A stretch of 64,000 nucleotides of DNA from an uncultured Gemmatimonadaceae bacterium (GCA_964519805.1 CAZFKN010000002.1:3814-67813); one strand, 5' to 3'. Shown: positions 18,648 through 29,339, numbered from the stretch's first letter. A program made the numbers and translations. Notes: generated by a model from the sequence alone, not told the origin.

Positions 18648-18833
18648 GGCGCGGGCCAAGGCCCCGGGGGAGAGTGGAGCCCAATATTATGGATGGGCTC
18701 CGGGAGGGCCAGATCGGGTGTCACGGCGGGTGGGCGGCCGGGCTGTAATAGTAGTAGTAATAACAACCTTGTCGGCTGCAAGTCATTGATCTGCCCGGCC
18801 TAAATCGCCTTCGCACCATATTTTTGGCACGAA

Positions 18834-18862
18834 TTGACAATTCCGACTTTTTGACTTACCAT
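18834..18862 (+). promoter_or_regulatory. sigma-70-type promoter of the suf operon, probably giving a leaderless sufR mRNA
   Basis: TTGACA (18834-18839), an exact 17-nt spacer, then TACCAT (18857-18862). The ATG of sufR is 7 nt downstream with no Shine-Dalgarno. The promoter lies in an AT-rich island in an otherwise GC-rich region. Confidence 0.45.
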
Positions 18863-18869
18863 TTGTTCC

Positions 18870-19558
18870 ATGGGCGCTCAGCTCCCGCAGATCAATCCGG
18901 TGAGGTGCCCCCCGGGGCAACGCGGTCCCAGGGGCGACGTCCTCGTGGAGTTGAAGCGGGCGCAGCCCCTCACGGCGCGCGAGCTCGCCGCCAAGCTCGG
19001 AATCTCACTGAACGCGGTCCGACACCACATCAAGGAACTCGAAACCGAGGGCCTTGTTGCGTACGACCGGCTCCATCGCGGCGTCGGCGCGCCCGCATTC
19101 GCCTATCGCCTGAGCCCTCTTGGCGAAGGGTTGTTCCCGCGGCGGTACGAGGCCACGCTGCTGCAGTTTCTCGATCAGATCGTCGAGCGGGAGGGGCGCG
19201 ACGCTGCCGTCCGCGTGCTCGAGGCCCACTTCAGCGGTCTCGCCGAGCGGCTTCGGGGCGAAACGGCCGGCCTCGCACCGGCACGCCGGCTGGAGATCGT
19301 CGCCCAGGCGCTGGCCGATGAGGGTTACATGGCGGAGGCGGACTCTCATACCGCCACTATCGGCACACTAACTGAGCACAATTGCGCCATACAGGCCGTC
19401 GCAGAGCGATTTCCCGAGCTGTGCGCTGCCGAGGCCAGGTTTCTGGAAGGGGTGCTTGGCGCCGTGGTAGACCGCCGTGCCTACATCCTGGCCGGCTGTG
19501 GCGCCTGCGAGTATCACGTCCGGTTCGACACGTCGGCCCGGACCGAAGAGGAGCACCA

Positions 19559-19562
<4 letters not shown>
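18870..19562 (+). CDS. sufR: SufR-like ArsR-family transcriptional regulator of Fe-S assembly
   Basis: N-terminal winged HTH ([30 protein letters not shown]). C-terminal Cys residues (CAIQ ... CAAE ... GCGACEYH). Lies directly upstream of, and ATGA-coupled to, sufB. Confidence 0.75.
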
Positions 19563-20984
<1,422 letters not shown>

Positions 20985-20992
<8 letters not shown>

Positions 20993-21761
20993 GGACACGC
21001 AGGGCGTGCTGGACGTCAGGGACCTGCGGGCGTCCGCAGGTGACAAGGAGATCCTCCGCGGCATTTCGCTGACGGTCAAGCCGGGCGAGGTGCATGCCAT
21101 CATGGGGCCGAACGGGTCCGGCAAGAGCACGCTCGCCCAGGTGCTGGCCGGCCATCCTGCCTACCAGGTCACCGGCGGGGGGGTCCTTTTCGAGGGCCAG
21201 GACCTGCTCGATCTGGAGCCGGAGGAGCGCGCCCAGGCCGGCGTCTTCCTGGCATTCCAGTACCCGGTCGAGATTCCCGGTGTCACGAACGCCTACTTCC
21301 TCCGGGCGGCGTACAACGCGCTGCGGAAGGCCAAGGGCCTCGACGAGGTCGATCCGATCGATTTCCTCGATATCCTCGAGGAGAGGCTCAAGGTCGTCGA
21401 GTGGGGTCCCGAGATCATGAGCCGCGCGGTCAACGCGGGCTTCTCGGGCGGCGAAAAGAAGCGCAACGAGATCCTCCAGCTCGCCGTCCTGGAGCCCAAG
21501 CTCGCCATTCTCGACGAGACCGACTCGGGACTCGATATCGACGCACTGCGCATCGTCGCCGCGGGCGTGAACCGGCTCCGAGGCCCGGACCGGTCGTTCG
21601 TGGTCGTGACGCACTATCAGCGGCTCTTGAACTACATCGTCCCGGACGTCGTCCACGTCCTGGTCAACGGCCGGATCGCGAAGTCGGGCGGCAAAGAGCT
21701 GGCCCTCGAACTCGAGGCACGGGGATACGATTGGGTGGAAGAGGAGACGGCCGTCGCGTGA
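20985..21761 (+). CDS. sufC: Fe-S cluster assembly ATPase SufC
   Basis: Walker [10 protein letters not shown], signature [11 protein letters not shown], Walker [16 protein letters not shown] 20985 has GGAGG 6 nt upstream; GTG 21006 is an alternative start. Confidence 0.95.
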
Positions 21762-23065
21762 CCGAGACCTACGTCCGTCAGTTCGAGGCCTTCGCGACCA
21801 ACGGCGGCGCCGAAGGGCCCGCATGGCTGCCGGGCATTCGGCGCGCCGCGATCGACCGGTTCGCTGAGGTCGGCTTTCCGACCTCGCGTGACGAAGAGTG
21901 GCGCTTCACGCCCGTTGGGCCGATCGCGCAGGCCGAGTTTCGCCCGGCCGGCGTGGGAGCGGTCACCCGAGAGGCATTGGCGCCGTTTCTCTTTGGTCAT
22001 GCCGAGTGGCCGCAGCTGGTCTTCGTGAACGGGAAGTTCGCCCGGGAGTTGTCGGTCATTCCACTGTTGCCGCGGGGCGTGGAGCTTGGCAATCTGGCCG
22101 CGGCGCTCCACGCCGACGGGGGCGGCCTGCTCGAGCACCATCTGACCCGGCACGCCCGCCCGGAGACCACGCCCTTCGCGGCCCTCAATACGGCGTTTCT
22201 GCGCGACGGGGCACTGGTGCGCGTCCCAGCGGGAACGGTCCTGGAGCAGCCGGTACACCTGCTGTTCGTCACCAGCCCGGATGCGGCGGACACGGTCGCG
22301 CACCCCCACAACCTCGTGCTCATCGAGCGCGGCGCCCGTGCGTCCGTGGTCGAGAGCTACGTCACGCTGGCAGACGGGGCGAGGTATCTCACCAACGCGG
22401 TCACCGAGGTCGTGTCGGGCGAGGACGCCTGGACCGAACACACCCGGATCCAGCGGGAGAGTGAGCGTGCGTACCACGTCGGACTCACGCACGTGGACCA
22501 GGCCCGTGGGAGCCACTACCGGTCGTTCACCCTGGCCATGGGCGGGGCGATCGCCCGCCACAACCTGCACGTGCGCCTGAACGCGCCCGGTATCGAGACC
22601 TTGATGTACGGGTTGTACCTGGCCCGCGGCGAGCAGGTCGTGGACAATCACACGGCCATCTATCATGACCATCCCAACTGCAACAGCTGGGAGGTCTACA
22701 AGGGCGTGCTCGACGACCGGTCGCGCGCAGTGTTCAACGGCAAGGTGTTCGTCAAGCCCGAGGGGCAGAAGACGGACGCCAAGCAGACCAATCGCAACCT
22801 GTTGCTCTCGCCGACGGCCAAGGTCGATACCAAGCCGCAGCTCGAGATCTTCGCCGACGACGTCAAGTGCACGCACGGCGCGACCGTCGGGTTCCTCGAT
22901 CCCTCGAGCCTGTTCTATCTCCGAAGCCGGGGCATTCCGCCGGACGTTGCGCGGAGGGTCCTCACGTACGCGTTCGCGGCGGAAGTGGTGGACGAGGTGG
23001 CGCTGGAGCCCGTGCGCAACGAGTTGAACCGCCTCGTGCTCGCCCGCCTGGGCTACGTCGAGTAA
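21758..23065 (+). CDS. sufD: Fe-S cluster assembly protein SufD
   Basis: SufD-like C-terminal beta-helix region (NRNLLLSPTAKVDTKPQLEIFADDVKCTHGATVG). GTG 21758 overlaps the sufC stop (GTGA). Confidence 0.9.
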   Translation: MTETYVRQFEAFATNGGAEGPAWLPGIRRAAIDRFAEVGFPTSRDEEWRFTPVGPIAQAEFRPAGVGAVTREALAPFLFGHAEWPQLVFVNGKFARELSVIPLLPRGVELGNLAAALHADGGGLLEHHLTRHARPETTPFAALNTAFLRDGALVRVPAGTVLEQPVHLLFVTSPDAADTVAHPHNLVLIERGARASVVESYVTLADGARYLTNAVTEVVSGEDAWTEHTRIQRESERAYHVGLTHVDQARGSHYRSFTLAMGGAIARHNLHVRLNAPGIETLMYGLYLARGEQVVDNHTAIYHDHPNCNSWEVYKGVLDDRSRAVFNGKVFVKPEGQKTDAKQTNRNLLLSPTAKVDTKPQLEIFADDVKCTHGATVGFLDPSSLFYLRSRGIPPDVARRVLTYAFAAEVVDEVALEPVRNELNRLVLARLGYVE

Positions 23066-23073
23066 CGGATCCC

Positions 23074-24339
23074 GTGCCCCCCACGTCGGTTGCCTCCGAT
23101 GCCCGCAGCGTCCCCGCCCGTTTGGACGTGGCGCGCGTGCGAGCGGAGTTCCCCATCCTGGCCACGCGGGTGCACGGCAAGCCGCTCGTCTACCTCGACA
23201 ATGCCGCCACGACGCAAAAGCCGCGCGCGGTGCTGGACGCGATCCTCGACTACTACGCCACCGAGAACGCGAACATCCATCGCGGCGTCCACTACCTGAG
23301 CGAGCAGGCGACAGAGGCCTACGAGGGCGCGCGGGAAAAGATCGCGCGCTTTCTGAACGCGGGGTCGCCTCGCGAGATCATCTTCGTTCGGGGTGCCACC
23401 GAGGGCATCAACCTCGTCGCTCAGAGCTTCGGGCGATCGGCGATGCGTCCCGGCGACGAAGTGCTCATCACCGGGATGGAGCATCACTCGAACATCGTGC
23501 CCTGGCAGCTCCTGGCGGAGCAGAAGGGGATCGTCCTCCGGGTGGCGCCGATCACCGAGACCGGAGAGCTCGACCTCGCCGCGTTCGAACGGCTCATCGG
23601 CGAGCGTACGAGGCTGATCTCGGTCGTCCAACTGTCGAATGCGCTCGGGACGGTGAACCCCATCCGGCCCATCACGGCCGTCGCGCACAGCCGCGGGATC
23701 CCGGTGCTGGTGGACGGCGCGCAGTCCGCTCCTCATTTGGCGGTCGACGTACGGGCGCTCGACTGCGACTTCTTTGCGTTGTCGGGTCACAAGCTGTTCG
23801 GGCCGACCGGCATCGGCGTGCTCTACGGTCGCGAGGCGTGGCTCGACCGCATGCCCCCCTGGCAGGGCGGCGGCGACATGATCTCGTCGGTAACCTTCGA
23901 GCGGTCCACCTGGGCCGGACTGCCGTCCAAGTTCGAGGCGGGCACACCCCACATCGCGGGCGCGATCGGACTCGGCGCGGCGGTCGATTGGCTCTCCGCG
24001 ATCGGCCTCGACACGGTCGCCGCCTACGAGGACGAGCTGCTCCGGTACGCCACCGCCGAGGTGGGTCGCATTCCGGGTGTGACGCTGATTGGAACCGCGC
24101 CGCAGCGGGCGAGCATCCTGAGCTTCGCGGTCGGGGGCGTGCACGCGCACGATGTCGGTCAGGTGCTGGACCTCGAGGGCGTGGCCATTCGTGCGGGGCA
24201 CCATTGCGCCCAGCCGGTGATGCAGCGGTTCGGCGTGCCCGCGACGGCGCGCGCCTCGTTCGCGCTGTACAACACCCGGGCCGAGGTCGACGCCCTCGTC
24301 GCCGGCCTTCTCAGGGTCAAGCAGGTGTTTACCCAATGA
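23074..24339 (+). CDS. sufS: cysteine desulfurase SufS
   Basis: YLDNAATTQKP, SGHKLFGPTGIG (PLP lysine) and catalytic-Cys loop RAGHHCAQP. The start is uncertain: GTG 23074, with in-frame GTGs at 23128 and 23137. Confidence 0.9.
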   Translation: MPPTSVASDARSVPARLDVARVRAEFPILATRVHGKPLVYLDNAATTQKPRAVLDAILDYYATENANIHRGVHYLSEQATEAYEGAREKIARFLNAGSPREIIFVRGATEGINLVAQSFGRSAMRPGDEVLITGMEHHSNIVPWQLLAEQKGIVLRVAPITETGELDLAAFERLIGERTRLISVVQLSNALGTVNPIRPITAVAHSRGIPVLVDGAQSAPHLAVDVRALDCDFFALSGHKLFGPTGIGVLYGREAWLDRMPPWQGGGDMISSVTFERSTWAGLPSKFEAGTPHIAGAIGLGAAVDWLSAIGLDTVAAYEDELLRYATAEVGRIPGVTLIGTAPQRASILSFAVGGVHAHDVGQVLDLEGVAIRAGHHCAQPVMQRFGVPATARASFALYNTRAEVDALVAGLLRVKQVFTQ

Positions 24340-24776
24340 CCGGGACGAGCGCGTTGTATCAGGACGTGATTCTGGAGCACAACCGGGCGCCACGAAACTT
24401 CCGCCGCATGGACGACGCGGACCGCCACGCAGAGGGACGCAATCCCCTGTGCGGTGACCAGCTCACCGTGTGGCTCAAGCTGGACGGCGACGTGATCGCC
24501 GACGTGAGCTTCCACGGCTCCGGGTGTGCCATCTCCAAGGCATCGGCGTCGATCATGACCGCTGCGGTGAAGGGGAAGAATCGGACGGAGGTGCGTCGCT
24601 TGTTCGAGCGCTTCCATGAGGTCGTGACCGGCAAGGGCCATCGAGAGGACCTCGGCAAGCTCGCGGTGTTCTCGGGCATCTCGTCCTTCCCGGTTCGAGT
24701 GAAATGCGCGACGCTGCCCTGGCACGCGCTGAACGCGGCGCTGGAGCAGGGCGCCGATCAGGTATCGACGGAGTAG
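24336..24776 (+). CDS. sufU: SUF-system Fe-S assembly scaffold SufU (NifU/IscU-like)
   Basis: NPLCGD and GSGCAISKASAS motifs. ATG overlaps the sufS stop (ATGA). Confidence 0.9.
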   Translation: MTGTSALYQDVILEHNRAPRNFRRMDDADRHAEGRNPLCGDQLTVWLKLDGDVIADVSFHGSGCAISKASASIMTAAVKGKNRTEVRRLFERFHEVVTGKGHREDLGKLAVFSGISSFPVRVKCATLPWHALNAALEQGADQVSTE

Positions 24777-24827
24777 TGAAACGGTTCGCCGCGGATGAGG
24801 CCTTAGCTTTCAGAGGAGTCTGGTAAC

Positions 24828-25256
24828 ATGCCTTACGATCCCCGACTCGTCGCTCCCATGCGCGATGAGATGGTGCGGATGGGCGCGAAGGAGCTGAAGA
24901 CGGTGACCGAGGTCGACGAGGCACTCGGCGACCAGAGGGGGACCATGCTGGTCTTCGTCAACTCGGTGTGTGGATGCGCGGCGGGCAACGCTCGACCGGC
25001 GCTGGCTTACGCGCTGAAGCACAATATCCTGCCACACCAGGTGGTCACGGTCTTCGCGGGCCAGGACGTCGACGCCACCGCGCGGGCGCGCCAGTACTTC
25101 AACGATTACCAGCCAAGCTCCCCCTCGATGGCGCTTCTTCGAGACGGGGAGGTCGTGCACTTCATCCACCGGCACCAGATCGAGGGCCAGTCACCCCAGA
25201 CGGTGGCGGCCAACCTCACAGCCGCCTTCGACAAGTTCTGCGGCGCGACGGTGTGA
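24828..25256 (+). CDS. bacilliredoxin (BrxA/BrxB, DUF1094/YphP-YqiW family)
   Basis: LVFVNSVCGCAAGNARP with the CGC redox motif and a family-typical length of 142 aa. GAGGAG Shine-Dalgarno upstream. Confidence 0.85.
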   Translation: MPYDPRLVAPMRDEMVRMGAKELKTVTEVDEALGDQRGTMLVFVNSVCGCAAGNARPALAYALKHNILPHQVVTVFAGQDVDATARARQYFNDYQPSSPSMALLRDGEVVHFIHRHQIEGQSPQTVAANLTAAFDKFCGATV

Positions 25257-25257
25257 C

Positions 25258-25542
25258 GTGAGCGGACGCATCTTTCACGAGGGCCATCAGGCGCTGCACG
25301 GTATCACGGTCGTGCTCGCGACCACCGGCCCGGTCACGTACGTCGGCCGCTTCGACACGCAGGACGCGGCCGGCGTGCACCTGCTGGATGTGGCTATCCA
25401 TGACGCCGGCGAAGCCGCCATGTCGAGGGAGGACTTCCTCCGTCGGACGCTCAAGTTCGGCGTGCGCGCGGAGCGGAAGCATTTGCTCGTGCCGTCCGGT
25501 GAGGTGGCCAGCGTGCTGCCTCTGAACACCGTAAGCGGCTGA
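25258..25542 (+). CDS. hypothetical protein (94 aa), possibly Sm-fold-like
   Basis: The GTG start is 1 nt after the bacilliredoxin stop. GC3-rich frame. The segment ITVVLATTGPVTYVGRFDTQDAAGVHLLDV loosely resembles an Sm1 motif. No confident family assignment. Confidence 0.45.
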   Translation: MSGRIFHEGHQALHGITVVLATTGPVTYVGRFDTQDAAGVHLLDVAIHDAGEAAMSREDFLRRTLKFGVRAERKHLLVPSGEVASVLPLNTVSG

Positions 25543-25566
25543 ACGACCTGCGGTGAGGTCCGCGGC

Positions 25567-27447
25567 ATGACGGACTTCGACGTCGTCGTCATCGGGGGCG
25601 GCCACGCGGGCACGGAAGCCGCCGCACTGGCCGCGCGTGCCGGCGCCCGCACTCTGCTTCTCACCCAGAATCTCGAGACGATCGGTCAGATGTCGTGCAA
25701 TCCCGCCATCGGCGGGATTGCAAAGGGCACGATCGTGCGCGAGGTCGACGCGCTTGGTGGCATCATGGGGCGGGCCACCGATCTCGCGCGCATCCAGTTC
25801 CGGATGCTCAATCGGTCGAAGGGGCCTGCCGTCTGGTCGCCGCGGGCGCAGTGTGACCGCGGTCTGTATCGACGCGCAGTGCGCACGCTGCTCGAACGTC
25901 AGCCGCGGCTCGCTTTTGCGCAGGGCACGGTCACCGAATTCGTGATGCAGGGCCGGGCGGTCGTCGGCGTGGTTACGGGGGATGGCCGGCGATTCCATGC
26001 GCGGACCGTTGTGCTCACGGCGGGAACGTTTCTCCGCGGGCAGATCCATCTTGGGCTCGACCATCGGGTGTCCGCCGGCCGGGCGGGAGATCCGGCATCG
26101 TTGGAGGTCGCGCAAGCACTTGTAAATATTGGACTTACTGTATCGCGCTTCAAGACAGGGACCCCCCCGCGAATCGACGGCCGGACGGCGGATCTTGCCA
26201 GCCTCTATCGCCAGGACGGAGACCCGAACCCGTACTGGTTTTCCTCGTTGGAGCGGGCGCCCCACCCTCGTCAGCTCCCATGCTACCTGACCTGGACCGA
26301 CGGACGCCTACGGGAACTGGTCGCGCGGCATCTGGGAGAGTCTGCCCTGTACGGTGGAGTGATCAGCGGCCGGGGACCGAGATACTGTCCCTCGATTGAG
26401 GACAAGATCGTGAAGTTCCCCGATGCCGACCGGCATCAGGTGTTCCTCGAGCCGGAGGGGCTCGACACGTGCGAGATGTACGTGAACGGGCTGTCTACGT
26501 CGCTGCCGAGCGATCTACAGCTGGCGATGCTGCGGACAGTGCGCGGCCTCGAGCGGGTGGAGATGACGCGTCCAGGCTATGCGATCGAATACGACTACGT
26601 CCCGCCGACGCAGCTCCGCCCGACGCTGGAGGTACGGGAAGCGGACGGGCTGTTTCTGGCGGGGCAGATCAACGGTACCACCGGCTATGAGGAAGCCGCC
26701 GGGCAGGGAGCGATCGCGGGCCTCAACGCGGCGGCACGGGTGCTGGGGAGGGACCCGGTGACACTTCGGCGCGACGAGGCGTTCATCGGGATCCTAGTGG
26801 ACGACCTGGTAACGCGAGGGGTCGATGAACCGTATCGTCTGTTTACCTCGCGCGCCGAATACCGGTTGCTGTTGCGACAGGACAATGCGTTGCGTCGGCT
26901 GCTTCCGGTATCGGAGCGCCTCGGACTTCTGTCCCCGGACGAGCTGGCGGCGGCGCGGAAACAGATCGACGGCGAGGACCGGATGAGCGCGGCTGCGGCG
27001 GTAACCACGATCCGTCCGGCGGACGCGAACCCCATACTCGCGACGGTGGGCGAAACGATCGCGGCGCCGGAGCGAATCTCCCCGCTGGTCCGGCGACCCG
27101 GGGTGTCGCTCGCGGGGCTTCTGCGCGCGGCGGGGGTCGCGGATGTCTCCGATGAGGCGTGCGTGTCTGCCGAGGTGGAGATCAAGTATGCCGGCTATCT
27201 GGCCCGCGAGCGGGAGGCCGCGGCTCGGCTCGCGGAGCTCGACGGCTTTCCCTTGCCCGCTGGGCTTCACTACGACGAGCTTGGCTCGATTTCGTACGAA
27301 GCGAGGGAAAAGCTGTCGGCGACCCGTCCCGCGACGGTCGGCCAGGCTGGTCGGATTCCGGGCGTATCCCCGAGCGACCTACAGAACCTGGTGATCGCGG
27401 TCTTGCGGTTCCGCGAGAGCCCTGTTTCACGTGAAACAGCGAGCTGA
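25567..27447 (+). CDS. mnmG: tRNA uridine 5-carboxymethylaminomethyl modification enzyme MnmG (GidA)
   Basis: [17 protein letters not shown] motif, [31 protein letters not shown]. 626 aa. Confidence 0.95.
   Translation: MTDFDVVVIGGGHAGTEAAALAARAGARTLLLTQNLETIGQMSCNPAIGGIAKGTIVREVDALGGIMGRATDLARIQFRMLNRSKGPAVWSPRAQCDRGLYRRAVRTLLERQPRLAFAQGTVTEFVMQGRAVVGVVTGDGRRFHARTVVLTAGTFLRGQIHLGLDHRVSAGRAGDPASLEVAQALVNIGLTVSRFKTGTPPRIDGRTADLASLYRQDGDPNPYWFSSLERAPHPRQLPCYLTWTDGRLRELVARHLGESALYGGVISGRGPRYCPSIEDKIVKFPDADRHQVFLEPEGLDTCEMYVNGLSTSLPSDLQLAMLRTVRGLERVEMTRPGYAIEYDYVPPTQLRPTLEVREADGLFLAGQINGTTGYEEAAGQGAIAGLNAAARVLGRDPVTLRRDEAFIGILVDDLVTRGVDEPYRLFTSRAEYRLLLRQDNALRRLLPVSERLGLLSPDELAAARKQIDGEDRMSAAAAVTTIRPADANPILATVGETIAAPERISPLVRRPGVSLAGLLRAAGVADVSDEACVSAEVEIKYAGYLAREREAAARLAELDGFPLPAGLHYDELGSISYEAREKLSATRPATVGQAGRIPGVSPSDLQNLVIAVLRFRESPVSRETAS
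27423..27438. other. parS centromere-like ParB-binding site (perfect)
   Basis: TGTTTCACGTGAAACA is a perfect palindrome that matches the consensus TGTTNCACGTGAAACA. It is embedded in the last codons of mnmG, 226 bp upstream of parA. Confidence 0.85.
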
Positions 27448-27511
27448 GTAGACCCATCCCCGCCAGGCGTGGGTTGGCGTGGCTCGTCGCCAGTGGCGCC
27501 TCGAATGCCCC

Positions 27512-27527
27512 GGTTTCACGTGACACA
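27512..27527. other. parS-like site (2 mismatches)
   Basis: GGTTTCACGTGACACA in the mnmG-parA spacer. It differs from the consensus at positions 1 and 13. Confidence 0.5.
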
Positions 27528-27663
27528 GTGCCCTCCGTCATTGCCCATCCAGGTGTCATTCCTATATTTCGTCGCACACGCCCACGGATAGGGAACGCCG
27601 CTCCCGGACGCCATCCTGGTGTCAAGCTGTCAACTTACTACGCTACAATAGCTTACTGAACTA

Positions 27664-28479
27664 ATGGCGAGAATTATCTCGATCGCGAATCAGAAGGGTG
27701 GCGTCGGCAAGACGACCACTGCCGTGAATCTCGCCGCGTCGCTCGCCATCGCGGAGCGGCGTACCCTCCTCGTGGATGCTGATCCGCAGGGAAATGCGAC
27801 AAGCGGCGTCGGCATTCTCAAGGGCGCGGTCCGCTTCTCGCTCTATGACGCCATGGTGGATGGTCGTCGTGTCGGCGACGCCATTCTGCATCACGAGGCG
27901 CTGCCGCATCTTGATGTGCTGCCCGCGACGCAGGATCTCGTCGGCGCCGAGCTCGAGTTGGTCAATCGTGAAGGGCGGGAGCGCGCGTTGCGCGCGGCGC
28001 TCGAGCCGATCGAGAACTCATACGATGTCGTCATCGTGGACTGCCCGCCCTCGCTGGGGCTCATCACCCTCAACGTCCTCACCGCCTCGGATGGCCTGCT
28101 GATTCCCATTCAGTGCGAGTATTACGCGCTGGAGGGCATCTCCCAGCTGCTGAACACCGTCCGACTCGTCCAACAGAACTTCAATCCTCCACTCGCGATC
28201 GACGGCGTGCTGCTCACGATGTACGACTCACGCCTGAATCTCTGCCGCCAGGTCGCAGAGGACGCCAAGGAATATTTCGGCGCGAAGGTCTTCCGCACTC
28301 CCGTGCCCAGGAACGTCCGGCTCGCCGAGGCGCCGAGCTTCGGCAAGCCGATCCTGCTGTACGACGTGCAGTCGGTCGGGGCGAAGAGCTACCTCGCGGT
28401 TGCGCAGGAGCTGCTGCACCGCCTCGAGAGTCCGCCGGTACCGGAGCCGGAGTCGCCACTCCCCGAGGTGATCCGATGA
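27664..28479 (+). CDS. parA: chromosome partitioning ATPase ParA/Soj
   Basis: Deviant Walker A KGGVGKTTT and conserved ParA sequence throughout. Confidence 0.95.
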   Translation: MARIISIANQKGGVGKTTTAVNLAASLAIAERRTLLVDADPQGNATSGVGILKGAVRFSLYDAMVDGRRVGDAILHHEALPHLDVLPATQDLVGAELELVNREGRERALRAALEPIENSYDVVIVDCPPSLGLITLNVLTASDGLLIPIQCEYYALEGISQLLNTVRLVQQNFNPPLAIDGVLLTMYDSRLNLCRQVAEDAKEYFGAKVFRTPVPRNVRLAEAPSFGKPILLYDVQSVGAKSYLAVAQELLHRLESPPVPEPESPLPEVIR

Positions 28480-29339
28480 CCGAAACGAAGCGGCTGGGCC
28501 GAGGACTCGAAGCCCTCCTGGGCCCGATCACGCGCGAGCAGGCGGAGGCTTCAGGTGCGCTCCGGGAGCTCGCGGTCACTGTTGTGCACCCGAATCCCTT
28601 CCAGCCGCGGACGCGCTTGGACGAGACGGCATTGGCCGAGCTGGCGGCCTCGATCGAAACGTCCGGCCTGCTCCAGCCGGTGGTAGTGCGGCCGCGGAAC
28701 GGCGGCTATGAGCTGATCGCGGGCGAGCGCCGCTGGCGGGCGGTACAACGGCTCGGTTGGCCGACGATCCCGGCCGTGATCAAGGACGTGGACGATCAGA
28801 CGCTGCTCACGCTCGCGCTGGTCGAGAACCTGCAGCGGGATGACCTTTCGCCGATCGACGAAGCGCAGGGGTATCGACGGTTGATGGAGGAGTTCGCTCT
28901 GTCGCAGGTGGAAGTGGCCCGTGCCGTCGGACGCCACCGCACCACGGTTGCCAATCTGCTCCGGTTGCTGAAGCTGCCGGAGGAGGTGTTGAGTCTGGTT
29001 CACGAGGGCAAGCTCTCGGAGGGCCACGCCCGTGCCCTGCTGGCGCTCGAGCACCCGGAGGCTGTCGCCCGGCTCGCCAAGCGCGCAGTGGCCGAGGGGT
29101 GGTCGGTCCGGGAGGTGGAATCTCGCGTACGCGGGGATGGTCGCGGGCGGCGACGCGAGCCGCGTCCGCTCACGCCGGAGGGCCGTCGGGTGGAAGAGGC
29201 GCTCCGAAGGCGACTGGGAACCGACGTCCGGATTCAGGCGGGCCGCAGGGGGCGGGGCGTGCTCGCGATCAGCTACTACTCCAACGACGACCTCGCCCGC
29301 GTGCTCGAGCTCATCCTGGGCGAACCGTTCACGGGATGA
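28476..29339 (+). CDS. parB: chromosome partitioning protein ParB/Spo0J
   Basis: RLGRGLEALL N-terminus, GERRWRA CTP-binding/arginine-patch motif and HTH region. ATG overlaps the parA stop (ATGA). Confidence 0.95.
   Translation: MTETKRLGRGLEALLGPITREQAEASGALRELAVTVVHPNPFQPRTRLDETALAELAASIETSGLLQPVVVRPRNGGYELIAGERRWRAVQRLGWPTIPAVIKDVDDQTLLTLALVENLQRDDLSPIDEAQGYRRLMEEFALSQVEVARAVGRHRTTVANLLRLLKLPEEVLSLVHEGKLSEGHARALLALEHPEAVARLAKRAVAEGWSVREVESRVRGDGRGRRREPRPLTPEGRRVEEALRRRLGTDVRIQAGRRGRGVLAISYYSNDDLARVLELILGEPFTG

Noticed and set aside
26137-26160. TACTGTAT half-site resembling an E. coli-type LexA SOS box inside mnmG
   Set aside because: The matching ACAG half lies 14 nt away instead of 8, so CTGT-N8-ACAG geometry is not satisfied. 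There is also no reason to expect an E. coli-type box in this lineage.
25216-26265. 349-aa minus-strand ORF antisense to orf94 and mnmG
   Set aside because: Shadow ORF. The mnmG frame is unambiguous.
27474-27659. 61-aa ORF in the mnmG-parA spacer
   Set aside because: There is no SD or promoter context and the codon bias is poor. It also overlaps the parS-like site and the parA promoter region, so it is most likely non-coding.
27448-27663. mnmG-parA spacer as the replication origin (oriC)
   Set aside because: I saw no DnaA-box (TTATCCACA-like) clusters or an AT-rich unwinding element, and dnaA is not in the window. Only origin proximity can be inferred from parS.
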